A DNA stretch of 32,000 bases from Horticoccus luteus (GTDB lineage Bacteria > Verrucomicrobiota > Verrucomicrobiia > Opitutales > Opitutaceae). The notes under the pieces are model-generated. The model ran no database searches. It saw nothing but the letters and a program-made list of their open reading frames with translations, and was not told the origin of the DNA. This document shows, in pieces, positions 7,964 to 15,161 of the stretch. The position numbers and the translations under genes are program-made. The stretch covers positions 3,180,001-3,212,000 of the forward strand of contig NZ_CP080507.1 of NCBI RefSeq assembly GCF_019464535.1, given 5' to 3'. The first letter of the stretch is position 1. Each line of letters begins with the position of its first letter.

Positions 7964-9238
7964 ATGAAATCATTTTCCTGTCTCCGTCTTCTTGTCCTCC
8001 GCGTCGCGCTGGCCGCATCCGCGCTTTCCGCCGCGCCCCTTTCCCTCGACGAACTCGTCCGCGACATCGTCGCGCACCATCCCGAACTCGCCTTCTACGA
8101 AGCCGAAATCGACGCCGCGCGCGCGCAACGCCGCCTCACCGCCACGCTGCCGCCGCCCGAACTCGCCTTCGATGCCGGCCACAAACGCGTGCGCGACCTC
8201 GGCGGCACGCTCGCCGGCGAAGGCCTCGCCTGGTCCGTCTCGCTCGCGCAAACCTTCGAGTGGCCCGGCCGCCTCGCGCTCCGGAAAAGCCTCGCGAACC
8301 GCGACGTCGCCCTCGCCGAACTCGGCCTCGCGCGCTTCCGCGCTGCGCTCGCCGCCCGCACCCGCACGGTCGCCACCACCTTGGACGCCGCGCGCCGCCA
8401 GGCCGCCGCGACCGCCGAAGTCGCCGCGCGCTTCCAAGCGTTGCGCGAAGTTTTTCTCGCGCGCGATCCCGCCGGCCTCACGCCGCGCCTCGAAACCCGC
8501 GTCATCGAAGCGCAGGAGATTTCCCTCCGCCGTCGCGCGACCGACGCCGCCATCGCCGCCCATACCGCCCTTCTTGAGCTCAACCAACTGCGTGGCGCTC
8601 CGCCCGAAGCGCCGCTCGCCCTTGCGCCCATCATGCCCTCGTTTGGCTCCGCGCCGCTCCCGCCCGCCGCCGCCCTCCTCGCCGCCGCCCGGGAAAACAA
8701 TTTCGAATACCGCGCCGCGCGCCTCGAACTCGAGCAACAGGGCGCCGCCGTCTCCCTCGCGCGCCACGAGCGTTATCCTTCGTTCACCCTCCGGCCCTTC
8801 TACTCGCAGGAAAGCGCCGGCGAACGCGAGACCACCGTCGGCCTCGGCGTCTCCTTGCCGCTCCCGCTTCCCTCCCGCGCACGCAGCGGTGCGCAGATCG
8901 CGGAGGCCCGCCACCGTCAAGCCGAAGCCGCCGTTTGGGCCGCCGAACGCGCCCTCGAACGCGCCGTGCTCACCGCCGCCGACACCTTCACTGCGCGCGC
9001 CGCCGCGCTCGCCTTGTGGCAGCCGGATGCCAGCGAAACGTTTCGCGAGGCCGCCGCTCTCGCCGACGAACACTACCGCCTCGGTGCCGTCCCGCTCGCC
9101 ACGTATCTCGAACTGCAAACCGCCTACCTCGACGCCGTCGAAGCGCTCCTCGCCACGCAACGCGACGCCCTCGACGCCGCCCAACAATTGCAGGCGCTCA
9201 CCGGCCTCGAGTTTCCCCGCGCGGAGGCCCAGCCATGA
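7964..9238 (+). CDS. czcC: TolC-family outer membrane efflux protein (CzcC-like OMF)
   Basis: Signal peptide 'MKSFSCLRLLVLRVALAASALSAAP'. It begins with the typical OMF 'LSLDELVRDIVAHHPELAFYEAEIDAARAQ' and shows the two-fold repeat architecture, with 'LATYLELQTAYLDAVEALLATQRDALDAAQQLQALTG' at the C-terminus. Its stop overlaps the next gene start (ATGA at 9235-9238). Confidence 0.85.
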   Translation: MKSFSCLRLLVLRVALAASALSAAPLSLDELVRDIVAHHPELAFYEAEIDAARAQRRLTATLPPPELAFDAGHKRVRDLGGTLAGEGLAWSVSLAQTFEWPGRLALRKSLANRDVALAELGLARFRAALAARTRTVATTLDAARRQAAATAEVAARFQALREVFLARDPAGLTPRLETRVIEAQEISLRRRATDAAIAAHTALLELNQLRGAPPEAPLALAPIMPSFGSAPLPPAAALLAAARENNFEYRAARLELEQQGAAVSLARHERYPSFTLRPFYSQESAGERETTVGLGVSLPLPLPSRARSGAQIAEARHRQAEAAVWAAERALERAVLTAADTFTARAAALALWQPDASETFREAAALADEHYRLGAVPLATYLELQTAYLDAVEALLATQRDALDAAQQLQALTGLEFPRAEAQP

Positions 9239-12200
9239 TCGCGCGGCTCATTGACTTTTCCCTGCGTCAGCGTGCGCTCGTGTTTTTCGGCGCCCTTGTG
9301 CTCATCGGCGCCGGCCTCTGGTCCGCCTGGCATCTGCCGATCGATGCCGTGCCCGACATCACCGGCGTGCAGGTGCAGATCAACACCGAGGTGCCCGCGT
9401 TCGCCCCGGAGGAAGTCGAAAAACTCGTCACCCTCCCGCTCGAAACCGCCCTCGCCGGCACCCCCGGCGTGCGCGAGCTGCGCTCCCTTTCCAAATTCGC
9501 ACTCTCGCAACTCACGCTGCAATTCGCCGACGGCACCGACATCTATCGCGCGCGCCAGCTCGTCGGCGAACGCCTCGCCGGCATCGCGCGCCAGCTTCCG
9601 CCCGGCCTCGCGCCCCAACTCGCTCCCGTCACCACCGGCCTCAGCGAGATCGTTTACTACACGCTCGATTATACCGCCGACGCCCCCGACCGGCCCGCCA
9701 CGCGTCGCGAGCAATTGATGGAGCTCCTGCTCCTCCACGAATACCGCGTCAAACCGAGCCTTCGCAGCGTCCCCGGCATCGCCGAGGTCAACACCATCGG
9801 CGGCTACGAAAAACAAATCGTCGTCGAACCGCGCCTCGACCGGCTCCGCGCCGCCGGCCTCACCGTCGACGAACTCGCTCACGCCATCGCCGCCAACGTC
9901 GAAAACGCCGGCGGCGGCATCGTCAGCCGCGGCGGACGCCAGTTCTTCGTGCGCGCCGTCGGCCGCGTGCAATCCGCTGAAGAAGTCGCCGCGTTGCCCG
10001 TAAAATTTTCCGGCACCGTGCAACCTCTGCTCGTGCGCGACCTCGCCGATGTCGGCATCGGCTCCGCCGTGCGCACCGGTGCCGCCACCGTCGAAGGCGA
10101 AGAAGCCGTGATCGGCACCGCCATGATGTTGATCGGCGAAAACAGCCGCACCGTCGCCCGGCGCGTCGAACAACGCCTCGCCCGCATCCAGGCGCAGCTC
10201 CCCGCCGGTGTTGAACTCCGCCCGCTGTATCAACGCTCCGCCCTCATCGACGCCACGCTCCGCACCGTCGAAACGAATCTCTTCGAGGGCGCGATTCTCG
10301 TCATCGCCGTCCTCTTCGCGCTGCTCGGCAACTGGCGCGCCGCCCTCATTGTCGCCGCCGCGATCCCCCTCGCGTTTCTCTGCGCCCTCATCGGGCTGCA
10401 CCGGCTCGGCCTCTCCGGCAACTTGATGAGTCTCGGTGCCATCGACTTCGGCCTCATCATCGACGGCGCTGTCGTCATCGTCGAAAACATCGTGCGCCTC
10501 CTCGGGTCCCGCGCGCGCGAACTCGGCCGGCCGCTCTCCGCCGCAGAACGCCGCGACACCATCGGCGTCGCCTGCCGCCAGGTCGGCCGTCCGATGTTCT
10601 TCGGCGTGCTCATCATCACCGCCGTTTATGTCCCGATCCTCGCGCTCTCCGGTATCGAGGGAAAAATGTTTCACCCCCTGGCGATCGCCGTGATGTGCGC
10701 CCTCGGCGGCGCGCTCGTGCTCGCCCTCACCGCGATCCCCGCGCTCTGCTCGGTCGCACTGCGCGGCCACGTTCCCGCTCGCGAAAATTTTCTCGTGCGT
10801 TTCGCCCACCGCCTCTACGCGCCCACGCTCGCCTTCGCGCTCCGCACCCGCGTCTGGTTTGTCGCCGGCGCCGTCGCATTGTGCATGCTCGCTGCGCTCG
10901 TCTTCACCCGGCTCGGCGCGGAGTTCATCGCGCAACTCGACGAGGGCTCGTTTGCGCTCATGGTTTTCCGCGACCCCGCGATCAGCCTCGACGAAACCCT
11001 CGCGCAACAACGCGCCACCGACCGCCACCTCCGCGAACGCATCCCCGAAATCACGCAGGTCTTCGCCCGCCTCGGCACCAGCGAAATCGCCACCGATCCC
11101 ATGCCGCAGAGCGATGGCGACGTTTACGTCTCGTATCGTCCCCGCTCCGAATGGCGCCGCGAAAACGGCCGGCCCATCACCAAAACGCAGCTCGGCGAAA
11201 TCGTCCGCGCGGAAGTCGAAGCCGCCAATCCCGGCGCCGCCATTCTCGTCTCCCAGCCGATCGAAATGCGTTTCAACGAACTCCTCGAAGGCATCCGCGC
11301 CGATCTCGCGGTGAAGATTTACGGTGAGAATTACGACGTCACCGAGAGAATCGCCGCCGACATCAAAGAGCTGCTCGAGAAAATTCCCGGCGCCGGCGAA
11401 GTGGAATTCGAAACGCTCGGACGCACTCCGCTCCTCGAAATCGCCGCGCGCCGCGATGCGCTGCGCCGCCACGCGCTCGGCGCCGCCGAGCTCAATCGCA
11501 CCGTCGCCTCCGCCCTCGGCGGCGAAACCGTCGGCGCATTGCGCGACGGCGAACGCCGCATCGATCTCGTCGTGCGCCTCGCCGAAACCGCCCGCGCCGA
11601 TCCCGCCGTGCTCCCCACGCTGCCCGTGCGCGTCGGCGAACACGGCCTCCTGCCGCTCGGCGATCTCGCCGATCTTCGCGAAACGACGACCGTCTCGCCC
11701 ATCCTGCGCGATGCCGGCCGCCGGCGCGCCGCACTCCTCGTGAACCTCGACACCAGCGACATCGCGGGCTGGGTCGCCACCGCCCGCGCCGCCGTGCGCG
11801 ACCACATTGAGTTGCCGCCCGGCGTCACGATCGAGTTTGGCGGCCAGTTCGAAAATCTCGTCGCCGCCCGCCAACGCCTCGCACTCGTCGTGCCGGCCAC
11901 CCTCGCATTGATCTTCGGTCTCGTCGTGCTCGCGTTCGGACGCGTCCGCCAGGCGCTGATCGTTTACACCGGAATTCCGCTCGCGCTGACCGGCGGCGTA
12001 TTCGCGCTCTGGGCGCGCGATCTGCCGTTCAGTATCACCGCCGCCATCGGTTTCATCGCGCTCTCCGGCGTCGCGGTGCTGAACGGCGTCGTGCTCGTCA
12101 GCGCGTTCAACGATCTGCGCGCGCAGGGCCGCCGCGTGCGCGACGCCGTCCTGGAGGGCTCGCTGCTGCGCCTCCGCCCTGTCCTCATGACCGCCCTCGT

Positions 12201-12381
12201 TGCCTCGCTCGGATTCCTGCCCATGGCGCTCGCCACCGGCCCAGGCGCTGAAGTGCAACGTCCGCTCGCCACCGTCGTCATCGGCGGAATTTTGAGCGCC
12301 ACGCTGCTCACCCTTCTGCTGCTGCCCGCGCTCTACGCCTGGGTGGAGCGCGACGCCGAGCCCGCTCGACCCATGCGTTAA
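9235..12381 (+). CDS. czcA: CzcA-like heavy-metal efflux RND transporter (divalent-cation type)
   Basis: 1048 aa. 'MIARLIDFSLRQRALVFFGALVLIGAGLWSAWHLPIDAVPDITGVQVQINT'. TM4 proton-relay motif 'SLGAIDFGLIIDGAVVIVEN' as in CzcA. 'ATDPMPQS' block. It lacks the CusA 'LYMP' Met-triad context. Confidence 0.95.
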   Translation: MIARLIDFSLRQRALVFFGALVLIGAGLWSAWHLPIDAVPDITGVQVQINTEVPAFAPEEVEKLVTLPLETALAGTPGVRELRSLSKFALSQLTLQFADGTDIYRARQLVGERLAGIARQLPPGLAPQLAPVTTGLSEIVYYTLDYTADAPDRPATRREQLMELLLLHEYRVKPSLRSVPGIAEVNTIGGYEKQIVVEPRLDRLRAAGLTVDELAHAIAANVENAGGGIVSRGGRQFFVRAVGRVQSAEEVAALPVKFSGTVQPLLVRDLADVGIGSAVRTGAATVEGEEAVIGTAMMLIGENSRTVARRVEQRLARIQAQLPAGVELRPLYQRSALIDATLRTVETNLFEGAILVIAVLFALLGNWRAALIVAAAIPLAFLCALIGLHRLGLSGNLMSLGAIDFGLIIDGAVVIVENIVRLLGSRARELGRPLSAAERRDTIGVACRQVGRPMFFGVLIITAVYVPILALSGIEGKMFHPLAIAVMCALGGALVLALTAIPALCSVALRGHVPARENFLVRFAHRLYAPTLAFALRTRVWFVAGAVALCMLAALVFTRLGAEFIAQLDEGSFALMVFRDPAISLDETLAQQRATDRHLRERIPEITQVFARLGTSEIATDPMPQSDGDVYVSYRPRSEWRRENGRPITKTQLGEIVRAEVEAANPGAAILVSQPIEMRFNELLEGIRADLAVKIYGENYDVTERIAADIKELLEKIPGAGEVEFETLGRTPLLEIAARRDALRRHALGAAELNRTVASALGGETVGALRDGERRIDLVVRLAETARADPAVLPTLPVRVGEHGLLPLGDLADLRETTTVSPILRDAGRRRAALLVNLDTSDIAGWVATARAAVRDHIELPPGVTIEFGGQFENLVAARQRLALVVPATLALIFGLVVLAFGRVRQALIVYTGIPLALTGGVFALWARDLPFSITAAIGFIALSGVAVLNGVVLVSAFNDLRAQGRRVRDAVLEGSLLRLRPVLMTALVASLGFLPMALATGPGAEVQRPLATVVIGGILSATLLTLLLLPALYAWVERDAEPARPMR

Positions 12382-12412
12382 TCCTCGCGCCATCGCTCAC
12401 GCCAAACGCGTC

Positions 12413-12967
12413 TCACGCGCCCGCGCGCTGCGTCCACGAGGCCAGTTTCGTGCGCAAAATCCCTCGCGCGCGGTAGAGCCGCGACTCCACGGCTTTGACG
12501 CTCACGCCCGCCGTCAACGCGATTTCCGCCTGCGGCATGCCTTCATATTCCGCGAGCACCAGCGCCTCTCGCAAATCTGTCGGCAGCTCCGCGACCGCCC
12601 GCCGCACCGCCTCCGCCCGCTCGCGCGCTTCTGCAGCCATCGCGCCGCTCGCCGCGCCGTCATCGCCGCCGCTCCACGCTTCCAGCGTCACTTCCGGACG
12701 CCGCCGCCACCAGCGCAGTCGGTTGCGCGCGAGGTTGACGGCGATCGCAAACATCCACGGCCGAAACGCCGCGCCCACCCGGTAACGCGCCCGCTGCTCC
12801 CACACGCGCACAAACGTTTCCTGCGCCAGATCGTCCGCCTCCGCCCCGTTCTGCACCAATCGCCGCAACAGTCCCTTCACCGGCATTTCCCATCGCTCCA
12901 TCAACGTCCCGAGCGCGGCCTCGTCGCCCGCCTGCACCCGCACCATCAACTCCGCGTCGTCGCTCAA
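12413..12967 (-). CDS. ECF (sigma-70 family, group 4) RNA polymerase sigma factor
   Basis: Region 2 'DDLAQETFVRVWEQRARY...FRPWMFAIAVNLARNRLR' and region 4 'LREALVLAEYEGMPQAEIALTAGVSVKAVESRLYRARGILR'. The ORF-track start is TTG at 12967, overlapping the upstream stop (TTGA). ATG at 12946 (MVRVQAGDE...) is an alternative start. Confidence 0.9.
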   Translation of the reverse strand: MSDDAELMVRVQAGDEAALGTLMERWEMPVKGLLRRLVQNGAEADDLAQETFVRVWEQRARYRVGAAFRPWMFAIAVNLARNRLRWWRRRPEVTLEAWSGGDDGAASGAMAAEARERAEAVRRAVAELPTDLREALVLAEYEGMPQAEIALTAGVSVKAVESRLYRARGILRTKLASWTQRAGA

Positions 12968-13395
12968 GGAGTTACCCGCACGCTCGGCGCTCCGTGATGA
13001 TCGTAACTCGCGACACGCGGCAGCACGATGGCCAGATAACGACGGCCTTCCGCCGGCGCCATCAATGCAGCGACGTGCTGAAAATGTTCGGTCATCGACT
13101 GCTCGCAGCGCGACTCCAGCCGCTCCATTTCATCCGCCGGCGCCTGCCGCTCACGCGCGGCCAAGATCGCCGCACAATGCTCCGCGCACTCTTTGCCATA
13201 CGCTTCGTGCAGCCGTTTGATCGCGGCGAACTGCTCATCGGTCAGCTTGAAATCCGCCCGCAGCCACGCGAGTGCATCGCGCTCCGTCAACGCGTCGCGC
13301 AACGCCGCCGGTCCGCGCCCTGTCGCATAAAACACGCCGTAAGACGCCCCGCAGGCGACCACGATCACCACGAGCGTGAGCAGAAAATTTTTCAT
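12964..13395 (-). CDS. Periplasmic heavy-metal sensor-like protein (Metal_resist / CnrX / Spy-CpxP-like helical protein), membrane- or lipid-anchored
   Basis: 143 aa. N-terminal anchor 'MKNFLLTLVVIVVACGAS', then a helical region with 'LTDEQFAAIKRLHEAYGKECAEHCAAILAARERQ...MERLESRCEQSMTEHFQHVAALMAPAEGRRYLAIVLPRV', matching the LTxEQ...helix pattern of the CnrX/ZraP-type family. Its start ATG at 13395 overlaps the upstream stop (ATGA). Confidence 0.65.
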   Translation of the reverse strand: MKNFLLTLVVIVVACGASYGVFYATGRGPAALRDALTERDALAWLRADFKLTDEQFAAIKRLHEAYGKECAEHCAAILAARERQAPADEMERLESRCEQSMTEHFQHVAALMAPAEGRRYLAIVLPRVASYDHHGAPSVRVTP

Positions 13396-13700
13396 CGTCC
13401 CTGCGCCATCGTGCGCGCATCGAGCGCCCGCACATAATCTTTCACCATCGCCTCGCGCTGCGCGTTCGTATGGTGCCGCGCCGCTGCGTGCCCCGACCAC
13501 GCTCCCAGCAAGAGCGCCAGCGCCAGCCCGCCCACTGCCGGCCGCGCATGCGCCCGCAGATAGCCCGCCCACGACGCCTCCCCGCGCCGCGCCTCCAGCC
13601 GCCGCCACACTCTCGCCCGAAAGTGCGGGTCGCGCTCCGGGCGCACCTGCCACTCGTGCAGCAACGCGGACAAATCATCGGAAGGTTCAGGCGTGGTCAT
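13392..13700 (-). CDS. Small single-pass membrane protein, putative anti-sigma factor (in the CnrY position)
   Basis: 102 aa from ATG 13700: a cytoplasmic N-terminus 'MTTPEPSDDLSALLHEWQVRPERDPHFRARVWRRLEARR', one TM segment 'PAVGGLALALLLGAWSG', and a short C-terminal tail. It is the first gene of a translationally coupled trio ending in the ECF sigma factor. The function is inferred from position only. Confidence 0.5.
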   Translation of the reverse strand: MTTPEPSDDLSALLHEWQVRPERDPHFRARVWRRLEARRGEASWAGYLRAHARPAVGGLALALLLGAWSGHAAARHHTNAQREAMVKDYVRALDARTMAQGR

Positions 13701-13803
13701 GGGCAACGTGGGTTTCCAAACCACTATAACCCCGCCCCCGCGAAATCCCTCAAAAAAATTCCGCGGGATTTTCCACCGCCCGGGTTATTGCCCGTAGTCC
13801 ATC

Positions 13804-15150
13804 ATGCGTCCCGCTTTGCTCTCCGCCGCTTCCGCTCTCGCCGCCCTGCTCACGCTTTCCGGCTGCCAGACGACCGCGCCCGCCTACGCACAGCACGCGC
13901 AACAGCAATTGGACGCCGCCGCGCAGCAGTATCGGCCCTCCGGACAAAAGCCCGCGCTGCCCGTTCTCACCGCCCAGTCATCCGCCAACGACTACCTCCG
14001 CTTCGCGTTGCTCAACCATCCCCAAGTCGAAGCCGCCTACGCCAACTGGCGCGCCACCGTCAGCCAGATCGGCCCCGCCCACTCGCTCCTCGATCCCAAG
14101 CTCACGCTCGAAGCCGACATCGCGCAGAGCCTCATGACGCTCATGCCCGGCGTGATGTTCGACGTCATGAGCTCCGGCAAACGCGCCGCCCAAGGCCGCG
14201 CCGCCGCCGCGTCCGCCGAAGTCGCCCACCGCCAGTTTCTCGCAACCGTGCAAGTCGTCGCGCGCCGCCTGCGCGAAGCCTGGATCGAACTCGCCTACGC
14301 GCACGCCGCGCATGCACTCCACGGCGCCGCCGCTGCCTCCGTCGAGGAGACCATCGCGTTCGCCCACACCGGCTTCGCCACCGGCCGCGATGCCGGCGCG
14401 CTCTCCGCCCAATACGCATTGCAGGATGAACTCGCCGAACACCACGCGCATCACGCCATGCTGGGCGACCGCCTTGCCGCCGCCCGCATCGGTTTCAAAG
14501 CCGCCCTCGGCTTGCTCCCCGACGCCACCGATCCGCCCTGGCCCGCCTTTCCGCTCACCGTGGAACCGTTGCCCACGGACTCCGCGCTCTGGCAACGCAT
14601 CCTCACGCGCAATCCCGACCTCGCCATCGCGCGCGCCCTCATCGACCAATCCGTGGCCGCCGTCGCCGTCGCCGAAAAAGCCGGCACGCCCGATTTCACC
14701 GTCGGCGCCATGGTCGATGTGAAAGCGAATCCGCTGATGGTGCGCCCCGCCGTGAGCCTGACGCTCCCCGTCTGGCGCCAACGCCTCGCCGACCAAATCG
14801 CATCCGCGCAAGCGCAGCACCAAGGCGCCGCCGCCCAGCTCAACGCCGCCCAACTCGACCTCGCCGCGCAATTCGCCCGCGATCTCTTCGCCGTGCATCG
14901 CGCCGACCGCCTGCTCGCGTACGTCGATCACACCGCGCTGCCCAACACCGCGCGCTTCATCACCGCCGCCGACGCCGACTACCAAACCGGCCGCGGCGCC
15001 CCCACCGCAATTTCCGCTGCGCATACCCGTCAGGTTCTCCTGCAACTCGAACGCCTCGAACTGCTCCGCGCCCGCGCCGATGCGGTCACCGAACTTCTCT
15101 ACCTCACCGCCGACGCCGCGCCCTCCTCCTTCGCCTCCTCCCATCCGTGA
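13804..15150 (+). CDS. cusC: Outer membrane efflux lipoprotein (NodT/CusC-like OMF)
   Basis: Lipoprotein signal 'MRPALLSAASALAALLTLSGC' with lipobox LSGC. OMF hallmarks 'DYLRFALLNHPQVEAAYANWRA' and a second repeat 'LWQRILTRNPDLAIARALIDQS'. It abuts the adaptor gene. Confidence 0.9.
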   Translation: MRPALLSAASALAALLTLSGCQTTAPAYAQHAQQQLDAAAQQYRPSGQKPALPVLTAQSSANDYLRFALLNHPQVEAAYANWRATVSQIGPAHSLLDPKLTLEADIAQSLMTLMPGVMFDVMSSGKRAAQGRAAAASAEVAHRQFLATVQVVARRLREAWIELAYAHAAHALHGAAAASVEETIAFAHTGFATGRDAGALSAQYALQDELAEHHAHHAMLGDRLAAARIGFKAALGLLPDATDPPWPAFPLTVEPLPTDSALWQRILTRNPDLAIARALIDQSVAAVAVAEKAGTPDFTVGAMVDVKANPLMVRPAVSLTLPVWRQRLADQIASAQAQHQGAAAQLNAAQLDLAAQFARDLFAVHRADRLLAYVDHTALPNTARFITAADADYQTGRGAPTAISAAHTRQVLLQLERLELLRARADAVTELLYLTADAAPSSFASSHP

Positions 15151-15161
15151 CCCCTCCCGCC

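Noticed and set aside
8935-9234. N-terminal extensions of track ORFs: czcA from 8935, pyk from 5680, the MBL gene from 2319, COG0523 from 28435, the OMF from 7871, and the rhodanese gene from 27000.
   Set aside because: The extensions are Arg/Pro-rich and overlap upstream genes or their terminators. In each case an internal ATG sits exactly where the conserved N-terminus or signal peptide of the family begins.
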